Positions 36,388 to 46,900 of a stretch of 64,000 nt of DNA are shown here, one piece after another. The stretch is from Andalucia godoyi And28 (taxonomy: Eukaryota > Protista > Jakobida): the NCBI GenBank assembly GCA_009859145.1, contig VRVR01000008.1, positions 323,693 through 387,692 of the forward strand, in the 5' to 3' direction. The notes below the pieces were generated by a model. That model was not told the DNA's origin, made no database searches, and was given only the letters and a program-made list of their open reading frames with translations. Every line of letters begins with the position of its first letter. Position 1 is the stretch's first letter. The position numbers and the translations under genes were made by a program.

Positions 36388-36909
36388 CAGAAAGAACAAA
36401 ACCAAAATAAAATAAAACAAACACAAACAATAAAACAATAAAACAATAAAACAACAACAACAACCCCACTCACTCTCCGTCTTCTTCCGTTCCTCACGGC
36501 CGTCGTCTAGCGTTGAGCGTTCCCTTCTCTTCGTGTTTTCACCAACCAAAAAAATAATAATGAGGACGCTTCCATAAGATTCAATTCAGAAATTCCAGCA
36601 GTTCCTCAAATCGGTCTTCTTTTTCCCCTTTCCGTTTCTCTCTCGTTTCCTTTTCCCTTTTGTCTGTTATCCGCTGTCTGTCGTCCCTTGGATTTTGTTT
36701 GTTGAACCCATTCCCCTTTTCCTTTTTCCCTTTCTCCCGTTTCACCTTGGACTTCGTTGTGTCACATAAAATTTTGAATAAAAGCACTGCTGTGTTCGTA
36801 TTTTGATGTTTCACCGTGTTTATTTGGCACCACATCCTCCTCGCACTTCGCCGCACGTTGTCGGTTTGTCTATTTCGTCTGTTTCATACTTGTACATTTT
36901 CAGAACCCG

Positions 36910-38000
36910 ATGGTGCAGGTGGTGAAAGCTGCGCTCCGAGAGCGGCTGCGCCATCCCGATCTGCACGATGCCCTCCTGAGTTGGGTGAGCGATTTGCCGT
37001 TCATCACGTGGCGCGGCGCACTCCTGCTAAACCACTACCTCGCCCTTGTGTTGGAGAATGACCTGCCCTTTCCCGATTTCAAGGATTCGTTCTTGATGAA
37101 TGCATTTACGTTTCCGGATGGCCGCATCATTGTTACTTCTTCCGAGTCCGTCCTTGCACTCACCGCCTTTGCGGAGGAGCATTGGGACAACCATCCGCGG
37201 CTGCAGGGAGTCGGGTACAGAGGGGAGTACTGCCAAGCGTCGCGGTATCTTGCGAGAGAATGCCAAACCAACATGGCGAACGGCTTCAAGTTCGGTCTTG
37301 AGGCGAAGCTGCGTCGCCATGTCTTCGCATCCATCGCATCCATTCCCGCAGACGGCGTGCGGCTGACGACGAGATGGTCTCCAGAGAGCCAAACCCCAGG
37401 AGAAGGCGCGGAGCAGCGGGGCGCGAGGATCAGCAGCAGCAGCCGCGTCAGGTGCCGGCGGGCATGACGCTTGTCGGGATCGACCCAGGGCGCGCAAACA
37501 TCTTGACCGCGTTCGACGGGACTGCCGTGCGCAGCGAGATGCGCAACCAGTGGTATCATGCCACTGGTGCAAATGCGGAGCGCAAGTGGATGGAGCAACG
37601 CAACGGTCGTGTTTGCGAGATTCTGGATGAGTTGTCGGCGCTGCTGCGGATCAGTCAAGAGGCCGACTGGCTTCCGCATCTTCATTTCTACAGGACGCAT
37701 GTCAATGCCCTTTGGAGTCATTTCACGAACCACCAGGGGCTGAGACACTGCGCCACAGTGAACTGTCCATCTGACCGCCGGTGCGTGGGCCGCGATGCCA
37801 ACGCCACGATGAACATTCGTCAGTGCTGGCTCAGCCGACCGCGGTTCTTGTGTCGGAATCCACGCGGTATTCCCAGTGCAAGCGAGCTGGAGTCCTCGCG
37901 TGAGGCACTCATGAAGATTGAACACGTCTGGTTCTGCCGGACATTTCACGCCTCCCGTTCCAACTTCCGACTACGACAGGTGGAATCGAAACTGCTGTAG
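36910..38000 (+). pseudogene. Degenerate Fanzor1 (TnpB-derived RNA-guided endonuclease), frameshifted and internally deleted
   Basis: ORF 36910- shows the Fanzor1-type N-terminus (VVKAAL...RGALLLNHYL...LPFPDF, YLARECQTNMAN) and SIPADGV (the TDGV motif). The frame shifts at 37372-37373. The second frame has RuvC-I LVGIDPGRANI (Asp 37482), Zn knuckle GLRHCATVNC, RuvC-III RDANATMNI (Asp 37794) and terminal RPRFLCR. RuvC-II is absent. Confidence 0.88.
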
Positions 38001-38022
38001 ATGCATTATGTCGGAGACCAGA
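37875..38022 (+). ncRNA. Candidate Fanzor omegaRNA scaffold
   Basis: Hairpin AGTGC/GCACT plus GCGAG/CTCGC at 37875-37909. A 15-bp stem with three 1-nt bulges pairs 37927-37944 with 38008-38022 and encloses a hairpin at 37971-38000. The region follows the last conserved protein motif. Confidence 0.55.
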
Positions 38023-38079
38023 AAAAAAAAATTAAGGACAAGAAATCCTTGTTCGTGGTTTGTATTTCTTTAATGTTAT

Positions 38080-38607
38080 AACCCTCCAACCCAAATATCT
38101 GGTGGACGGCTGTGAATGTATATCATTGGATAGTATGGCTGAGTTGGCAGCCGTCGACATTACCGTTGAATGAAGGCCGGCCATTTTCCCCCTTGCAGAA
38201 TGCTGTTACCAGTGGCGGCAGGTCGAGGCCCAATGCGACACTGTCAGCCGATTCCTTGTAATCGATGATTTCTCCGCCACGGGGCCTCTCTCTCTCTCTC
38301 TCTCTCTCTGAGAGAGAGAGAGAGAGAGAGAAAGAACAAGTAGATAAAAAAATGCGGAATGACAATAAAAGAAGCTCGTTGAAATCCCTGGTTTTTTCTC
38401 CTGGTTCCCAAGGTCCATTTGGTTCTAACGAATGCACTCATTGATCAGTTCGCGAGCTCTGAACGAAACTATAATAGGCTGTTTCCGTTTTGGGGTGCGC
38501 ATGGGCGCTGATGCTGACTGTAAACGTCAACTTTTTACCCCAAATAGTCTGTCTGAGGCGCAGCATGCGAGCCAAATGTTTTGGAGAGAGGTTTGGGTTG
38601 GAGGGTT
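38080..38607. mobile_element. Non-autonomous TIR element (MITE-like), 528 bp (copy B)
   Basis: Perfect 16-bp inverted repeats AACCCTCCAACCCAAA (38080-38095) and TTTGGGTTGGAGGGTT (38592-38607). A second copy lies at 1-154. No convincing ORF and no clear TSD. Confidence 0.82.
38286..38331. repeat. Palindromic microsatellite (CT)12(GA)11
   Basis: Directly visible inside the TIR element and self-complementary. Confidence 0.95.
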
Positions 38608-38683
38608 CCTACTTAAATTATTAATCAAGAGAAAAGAAAAAACAAGACAGAAATAACAAAATAAAAAGGAAACAGAAGAAACG

Positions 38684-40087
38684 ATGCGGTTCCAGGTAGC
38701 TTTGTGTGTGCTTCCGCTTCTGTTCTCCCTTGTTCTCAGTGCACCGGCGGCATCACATGCGCTCCCAAGGCTGCAAGTCTCGGGCGACTTGGTGCAGAAA
38801 GTTGTGGTTCGGACGATCGAGGCGTCGAATTCACTGATCCGGTCATCGGTACGCATCAAGTTTGAGAACAAAGGATCATCGACTGCGACTGAATTTGCGT
38901 TTATTCTCCCCAATGACCAAGCTTCCCGACTTGCGCTTCTCGAGCCGTCGCAGAAAAAGACAGTTCTGCCTGTTTCTGGACCGTTTTCCATCGATTTGCA
39001 GCCGGATTTTGTCGCATTTAAAGTTTCCGGGATCAAGATCAGCCCCTCCGAGACACAGGAGGTGACTGTGAAGCTGTCTTTCACGGGCCGTCTTCGCCCT
39101 GAGCCAGAATTGACTCCGCAAGAGTCGCTGCAGTACGTCATCTTGTCGGATTCGCATCTTGTTGCATCGCCGTACAAGACGGAAAAGCAGTCCACGCGCA
39201 TTAAGCTGGGTACAGATCGCGTTGAGTCGTATTCTGAGCTGAAGCCAATGTCCTTTGCGGACCGCGAGTTGTCGCTTGGACCATATGCGGATGTTGCGCC
39301 GTTCTCGGTCTCGTCGCTGCAAGTCCATTATGCAATGCAGGCAGGTCTTGTGGACATTGAAGAGCTTGTGAGGACTGTCGAAGTGTCGCATTGGGGATAC
39401 GTTTCTTTCACAGACGACTACAGAGTCCGCAACAATGGAGCCGGTCTCAAGGGCGAGTTTTCCCGACTGGACTATGTGAGAAAGCAAGCATTTGGAAACT
39501 CGATTGCTTCGATGGATGTGAACATTCCGTATTCTGCTGTTGACATGTACTATCGCGACGAAATCGGAAACATCTCGACATCCAACTTGTTCCGCTACGA
39601 CGACCACATCCATGCGCAGCTGATGCCGCGATTTCCGCTGTTTGGACACTGGCAAACGGTGTTTACGTTCGGCCATGCGGTGCCGCTCAATGTCCTTGGC
39701 TCATACACGGAGTCCGGAAAGAGACAGGTGGTGTTCTCGCTGTGGCCCGGCATGGAAAATGTGGGGCTGAAGAAAATGACGCTTAAGATCATGCTTCCAG
39801 AAGGAGCAACGGGCATTTCGACCATGGTTCCTTACTCGACCTATAAGGATGTGGATATCCGACAAGAGTCTGTTGCAACATATCTTGATGTCGGTGCCGG
39901 GAGACCAACGGTGGTTATCACGATTGAGAGTCTGACTCCGGAAATGGATTCTCTCGTACAGATCACGTACGACTTTGCTGCAATCAGCATGTTGAGAGAA
40001 CCGTTGCTGCTGATCTTTGCATTTTTTGTCCTTCTCGCAGTAGGAATCTGCGGTTCGCGACTGTCTCTCAAGATCAAGAATGATTAA
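38684..40087 (+). CDS. RPN1: Oligosaccharyltransferase subunit ribophorin I (RPN1/OST1), 467 aa
   Basis: Signal peptide, VEVSHWG, YYRDEIGNISTS, PRFPLFGHW and a C-terminal TM helix. Short form lacking the cytosolic domain. Confidence 0.93.
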   Translation: MRFQVALCVLPLLFSLVLSAPAASHALPRLQVSGDLVQKVVVRTIEASNSLIRSSVRIKFENKGSSTATEFAFILPNDQASRLALLEPSQKKTVLPVSGPFSIDLQPDFVAFKVSGIKISPSETQEVTVKLSFTGRLRPEPELTPQESLQYVILSDSHLVASPYKTEKQSTRIKLGTDRVESYSELKPMSFADRELSLGPYADVAPFSVSSLQVHYAMQAGLVDIEELVRTVEVSHWGYVSFTDDYRVRNNGAGLKGEFSRLDYVRKQAFGNSIASMDVNIPYSAVDMYYRDEIGNISTSNLFRYDDHIHAQLMPRFPLFGHWQTVFTFGHAVPLNVLGSYTESGKRQVVFSLWPGMENVGLKKMTLKIMLPEGATGISTMVPYSTYKDVDIRQESVATYLDVGAGRPTVVITIESLTPEMDSLVQITYDFAAISMLREPLLLIFAFFVLLAVGICGSRLSLKIKND

Positions 40088-40457
40088 AAATAAGAAGGGG
40101 GAAAAATGGTAGTGTAAGTTCGAAACTTGATTTTTGCGATTGATCAATTTGATCAGTTGAACCAAAGACTCTTCTTGACCGCAGCATCTTCAAACGTCCA
40201 GCAGCAAAACACAACCATAATGCACTCGCACCCTCACTCTCACTCCGGGACGGCCAGAAGGGGGCGTCTGGACAGCGGAGACAGCTTTGTGCGTCACCGT
40301 TGAACATCAAACAATACGATTTTCTTACCGTCGTCAAGTCCAGAATTTCTTCATTCTTCGCTTTTTTCTTTCTTTCTGTTATTTTCTGTTTGCTTTGTGT
40401 TTTTTATAATCGAGCTTTCAAGCACCTTTCATCAAAGACAAAACACATCTCATGGCT

Positions 40458-40493
<36 letters not shown>

Positions 40494-40515
40494 TCCCAAC
40501 AAACTCAAACCAACC

Positions 40516-43500
40516 ATGCCCGAAGATACCGAGAACCAAGAACCCGTTGATTCCCTTCTCGTCCGAGGCAGAGAGACCAAGAACGCAAGCGGTGGTGTGC
40601 CCTTTGCACTCGTTCACCTTCCGTAAAAAAACCCAACAAGACCATTTCCCCCTTATGCCGCCTTTTTTGGGTTCTATTTACGAAACCGTTTCACTTTCTT
40701 GAAATTTGGTAAATGTCTATATCGAAAGAGATACATAGAGATATAGTGCGTGGTTTCTCCCCTCCCCCATTAACAACGGCGTTTTGTTATTCGTCTTCAT
40801 GATAGGTTCTGCATGTCGGAAATCAATTTAATCGATCATCACATTCGTGATTTGAACAGCATTGAATTGGATCCGCGAGCAAAGTCTTTGAATTTGCACG
40901 GAAATCATATCGCGACGTTGAAAAATGCTTCTTTGGATCTGCGATTACCAAACATCCAACATCTTAATTTATCATCGAATATACTCGTATCGCTCGACTT
41001 TTTGGCGAATCTCTCCTTCTTGCGTGTTTTGAATGTCGCGTCGAACAGAATCACGTCGTTGTGTCCCATTCATCATTTGCAAAATCTGAAAATTGTCGTG
41101 CTTTCATTCAACAAGATTGGGCAACTGAGCCCGTTTTCCAGCGGGTCGGCGTCTGTGGAGATCCTGGATTTGAGGGGAAACGTGATTTCACAACTTTCGG
41201 AAATTTCACATCTGAGAGAGTTTACCCAACTGCGAGTGCTGTGGTTTCAAGTCGACGGAATGCATCGAAACCCTGTATGTGCCGATAGTCAGTATTTGCA
41301 GACGGTGCATCGATGTTGTCCGCATGTCGAAGCTCCGTGCCTGGACTCTGGTCTCATGGACGAGGATTTGAAAAGGGAGCTTGTGGACGACTACTTGATT
41401 GAGAAGTATTCGAATTTTCCGGATGCTCACTCGCATCTGGATGAAGCAGACGATGGATGTGAAGATGACTTGGGCGACTGGAAGCTGGATTCACAAGGAA
41501 TGGGCAGCACTGGTGAGGATACGATGATTCCGTCGCCATCATCGAGCATTGCCTCGTCGATTCCTTCGCTTCCTGTGGTCCGGCACCTGGCAACTCCAAG
41601 AATTGACAGTGTGCTGCAGCAGAGAAAGCCAACAGCAGCAGCTCGTGTAAAGGAGGTGCCCAAGGGCGATCACCGAACCTCTGTCAAGGAAACCGGCGGC
41701 GTTACCGCCGATGCGTCCGACAACAGTGTTCCTGTTCGTGAACCGCCGAGAAGCAGTGAGCGACCTGCAGTAGTCGCAAAAGACAGTCCCACTGCACCAG
41801 AGCCCAGGCCCCGGGAAGAACGGGCGGAGGTGGCTCCAAATCGTGCGTCTGCGCAGAGTGAAGAGACTGCTGCAACATCCACGAAAAAGAGCTCCGCAAG
41901 CCCGGATGTGAGGCTACGAGACGAGCATGTGATAGTTGAGGGGCTTGAGCGAGAAAAGGGGCTTCGGCGATTAGTCGAAGAGCTGCGTGGACAATTGGAA
42001 GTTTCGGAATCTCGGGTCCATAATGCAGAGTTTGCGTACCACAAGAACTCGCAAAGGTTGCTGTCCCAACTGGAGGAGGCTCGTCAGGTGATTGCAGAAC
42101 AAGATGCGCGGCTGTCCGAGGAGGTGCGGCGACGGAGTAATGCAGAAAACAAACTGAAGGAAGCGAAGGAGTTTCTATTGGAGCGTGAGCAAGTTGTGCA
42201 GAAGCTCAGGGCGCAAAAGATTGAAATGGAAACGTCAGTTGCGTCATTGGAAGATCAAGTTAAATCGATTTCTCTGAGTTCTGACGAGGAACGAAAGAAT
42301 CTGGGTCATCAAGTCGACAGCTTGTCGATGGATAACGGGAAACTGAAGAGGCTTGTTGCAGAAATGAATCGGCGATATGAAGGCATGGCCCAGGATCAAA
42401 GACGAACCATAGAGCGATTGGAGCAGGAGAACAAGGTGCTTCGCGAAGATGCTGTCCAGTACAAGTTGAATCTGGATCGCAGAGAAGAGGAACTGGGAAA
42501 ATCGGAAAGAGGTCGATTGCTTGCCGAAGAAAAATCTTCCAACCTCAGCCAAGAGAATCTTCATCTTCACAAGCTCGTGGTGGATCTCCAGGGTGTGAAG
42601 GACGCGAATTTTGAGATCTCGAAAGAGAATGCAGTCTGTAAGGAGCGCATGGCCAATCTCGAAGCAGAACTGGGGAAGGAGCATGAAAAGTACGCATTGT
42701 TCTTGCAAGATCACAGCAAGCTCCTTCGCGGAGTTGAAAAGTTCCGAAACGAGGTTCATCGCCTGCAGTCTGTCCTCGAATCCAAGGACGCATTGGTGAA
42801 ATCCAAGGAGGATGAGTCGAACCGCTTGAAAGCAGAAGTAGGCCAGTTGAAGGCGGAGCTTGCAGATGTCAAGCTTCAGGTGTCGCAATCTGTCCAGGAT
42901 TCCACAAAGGCCTCGCAGGATGGTGCCCAGGAATGCCAATTTTTGAAGAAGACCGTGGCGGAATTGCAAGACTGTCTTCGACGAGTCATTGCGAAGCATG
43001 AAGAGACAAAGAAGTCTCTGGATGATGAGACGAAAAAGAATGCCGAGATGGAGGCGGTGCTCAAGACGTCGGTCCAAAAGGTGGAACTTGCAGAAAAGCA
43101 ACGCGCGGAGCTGGACGCGCTAACGTCGGAACTGAAACGCAGAGACATGGAGCGCGTCACATCTTATCAACAGCTGGCCTCTCAGTTTGACCAGCAGTTG
43201 TCGAAACTGGTGATTGAGAACACAACACTTAAGGCCCAGTCCTCGGCGCTGCAAATGCAATCCCAAGATGATGTTGTTCAGCGACGTCTCCTTTCAGAGA
43301 AGGACAGCGAGCTGGATCGCATGGCGGAGCGTCTCGAGATCTATGAAAAAGAAATCAAGAATCTTCGTCGCATCGTTTCGGACAAGGATTCAAAACTGGA
43401 AAGCAAGCGGAATGAATTACGAGATGTACAAGAGAGTCTTGGGAAATACAATTCTGAAATCGAGAAGCTTCGAAAATCCGTGGAAGCCGAACGGTCAGAG

Positions 43501-43830
43501 TCTGCTGACCAGGTGAAAGTCCTTGAGAAAAAACTGGACGAGCAAAGAAAGGCAGAGGATGCTCTGCGTCGTGAACTGGAATTGAAGATCTCTGAGAAGC
43601 AGGGTGTCCTTGCGGATCGCGATCTGGCGATTGCAGGGCTGCGAAAGGAAATTGAAGCGCTGAAGGAACGAATGCTCCGCAACGATGCAGAGACGCGTGT
43701 TCTTCTGCAGGCCATTGACAAGCAGAAGCGCAAACTGGAAGAGAAGGAAGAGCACATCCAGCGATTGCAGAACGCATTTCGAAGCGTTCAAACAGAGGTG
43801 TTTTCGCCTGCGAACTATCGCCGTGAATAG
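40516..43830 (+). CDS. LRR plus coiled-coil protein, LRRCC1/VFL1-like
   Basis: N-terminal LRRs (LNLHGNHI, LNLSSNIL, LNVASNRI, LDLRGNVI) with an NPVC cap, then a long coiled coil. A predicted exon 1 at 40516-40622 and intron 40623-40805 (GTAAAA...GATAG) join in frame to the 40813 ORF. Confidence 0.7.
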
Positions 43831-43952
43831 ACATGACCGGCACCTGTATTTATTCGATCACGCAACTTGTACAATTTTTTCTTTTAATTTAAAACCCGCC
43901 AAAGATGATTTCTTCTTCCTTTTTCTTCTGCTTCTGCTGTTCTTCGAAACAA

Positions 43953-46900
43953 TCACCGCGAATTCGTCGTTGTGCGGAAGTCTCGCAGTCCTTGGAGAAA
44001 GTCGTCGCCCAAAATGAACTTTAGATTGTACTTCAGGTAGAAAAGGTGTTTCTGGTGCTTGATAAGCAAGTCAATTCCCCCGAGCCAAGCATTCATGATA
44101 TTCTCGTCCAAAACAAGGAAGTCCAGCGGCTTGTCCTTGGTGACGATGACGAACACGAAGCCGAGAAGCGCAGTCCCATCCGCCGACTTTGGCCGCAGGT
44201 CAGAGGCACCCTTTTTTTCAAATATCTTCACAATGTGATCGATCCGAATATACGACTCCGGGACTTTTTTGGACGGATCACGGATCTCGAGACGCGTCAG
44301 ATCCGAAGAGACGGAAAGAACCCGCTCTTGCACAGGAAGGACGGACCCTTCCAGCATCATGTATTGAGAACGCTTGGCGGGAGGGACCGAGGAGATGGAC
44401 GTCGGTGTCGCAGACGAAGCAACCGATGATCCTGATCCTGATCCCGATCCCGATCCCGGACCATTCACCGTTCTCTTAAACACCAACAAACCTTCAAGCA
44501 TGTCGACTAGCAATGTCTGCAGATTCTCCAAGTCATGCAACGACAGAGGATCTGCATACGGACCGAATACACGTCGGTCCGCAATCTGAGCAGCATGGAC
44601 CGTGATGCGGCGTTCGTTATTGCCAACAAAGCGCCCCACAACAGATCGTCCTGAACTCGCAGTTATCACAGGGGCGGACGAGGAGAACATCTTTTCGACC
44701 ATCTTCGAGTGCTGATCCTCCTTCAATGACTTCTGCGACGAAGGAACAGGACTTTCGTCAAAGTCATCCAGGTGCAGTGCAAGGTTCGACGAGGATCTTC
44801 GTGCCACAGTTTCGGTCCTCGATGCAGATGAAGACACATCGGACCCACGTTTCGAGAAGGGCAGGCGAGAGAGCCCCCCATCCGCGGAGGCGTCGTTTCT
44901 CGGAGAAGTTGGAGCAGAACCGCGGACAGAGCCAGTTTCTGACGATCGCTCCAGCCATTCCTCTTCGTGCGCAAGTTCCTGCTCCAGTCTTTGAACCTGA
45001 GCCTGTAATTCTGACCGTTTCTTCGAGGTGGCACGCAGCAAGGTCTTCCGTTGCTGATCTTTGACTTGCTCATCCTGCTCAAGATCTTTGCTGAAGGACT
45101 CAACAGCCTTGTCCAGCTCTTTTCTCTTATCTCGAATTTCGGCTTCACGTCGGTCAACTTTTGCTTGTGCAGCATGAAGTCTGCCCTCAAACTGCTTTCG
45201 GAGCTCCTCCATTCGAGACTCTGCACCACGAACTTGCTCTTTTGCTTCCCGTAGCTTGTTCTGGATCTTGGAAAACTCCTTCTCCACAAGACTGGCCCGT
45301 TCAACCGCGTCCTTATACTGCGACTCGAGAGCAGCCAAAGAACGTCCCGCATCGAGCTGGAACTTGCGAATTTCTTCTTCAATGGCAAACTTTTCTTTCG
45401 TCAATGCGTCCTCTCTGTCAGATCGTTCACCAGGGGTACGCTGTTTCCTGTCCCCCAATCGAGTTTCCTCTGCAACGACTACCTGGTACTGCGACTCATA
45501 CTGCTGCAACTGCAAAACCAAAGATTGCTGCTGAGTCCTCGCTTCCTCTGCAGCTTGGACAAACAGCTCGCGATCGCGCTTCCAGGAGTTCCAAATGTCA
45601 ATGCGTCTTTCGTGAATTCGCTTCAAATGGCCGTGAAAACGCGTGCGCAGGTGCGACAATTCCTCCACAAACGAATCCATTTCCTTCTTGGAAACTTCAA
45701 CCAACCGCGGAACTTCGTCGTACAAGCGCCGGCGCACTTGTTGGAAGTACTTTTGCCGCTCGGTTACTTGTTGACGGTAAATCCCAACCACGCGCTCCAT
45801 ATGCTGCTGAATAAGGATTTCTGCTTGTGCCTCGCCGTGTGACTTTCTCCAGGTATCAAACGTAGACAAATACTGTCGACGGTACTTATCCATCGCGTCC
45901 CGTTCAACCTGCGACAGCCGTACATCCAGAGATGCAGTCGCGATTCTCCTTGCTTCTTCCATTGCTCTATTCTGCTCCACCATCGACGCCCACTCTTGTT
46001 GTATCTTCTTTCGCTTCTCCAGCAAGACTGCCAGCTGAGCCTCAATTTGTGCAACATAGGCAGAAAATGCATCCAATCGGGCTTTCTCAGAAGTTACCTG
46101 CAGTTTCCACTCCTCTTCAAGACGGTACAGCGAACTTGCGGAGTGATTCTCAGAACGGCCATCCGGATGGAACGCCGCCTCCATCTCGTACAGCTTGGAT
46201 TTTTCTTGCTCAAAGCGTGCATGCTGCGCAGCACGTTGCACAGCGACTTGCGTTGCCTCGGCAGCATTCTCCTCAGCAGCATGGGATCTCCAGCGATCCA
46301 TGAGTCTCATCTTTGCCTCGTGGTCCAAAATGGACTCCTGCATTTGCCGCAGCAGCATCTTTTCCTCGCCGCAGAACGACTCCCATTGATCCACAGCTCG
46401 CAAAGCAGACGCAGAGGACGAAGCAGAAGGTGAGTGGCTGCCTCCCTGTGAGGCACTCGAATGTGACCCTTGTTGTTGTTGTTGTTGCTGCTGCTGCTGC
46501 AGGTTGTCCACATGCGGCGCAAGCAACCGAATTTCGGACTCAATGGCCTCCGCTTCCAACGCCAGCCATTCCGCCTGGAAAGACGCCAAGGACATTGATG
46601 CGTAGCCAATATCGTTGAAGCGATCATCAATGGTTGATTCTGAAATGTGATTGTTCAAGAGGGTTTGATCGTCTACCTGTTGCATATGCAAGAGCCGAGC
46701 TTCCTCCGACAGACGGACCACGGATGTTTGCAGTTCTTTCAGCTCGGACTCAACTTGCTGCTGCCGATCGACATCAATGGTCCCTTCTGCAGAGTACGTC
46801 GAGAGAACTTCTTGCATTTGATTCTGCTTCTGCACCAGTGCCTCCTGCTCGGCAGCGAGGAGAGACCGAACCCGGTTCCGCTGCTGGACAAGACCTTCAC

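Noticed and set aside
38022-38031. A-tract after the Fanzor as the poly(A) tail of a retrocopy
   Set aside because: Similar A-runs are common in the intergenic DNA here, and there is no TSD.
36793-38056. TGTTCGT direct repeat on both sides of the Fanzor as a target-site duplication
   Set aside because: It is only 7 bp, is not adjacent to any defined terminus, and is expected by chance given free choice of ends.
38102-38285. Walker-B-like FLVIDD in a + frame inside the TIR element
   Set aside because: The frame has a stop and no Walker A or other supporting motif, so this is compatible with chance.
7285-43830. Functional cluster of ciliary genes (IFT52, CCDC146, LRRCC1-like)
   Set aside because: They are interspersed with unrelated housekeeping genes, and ciliary genes are numerous in flagellates.
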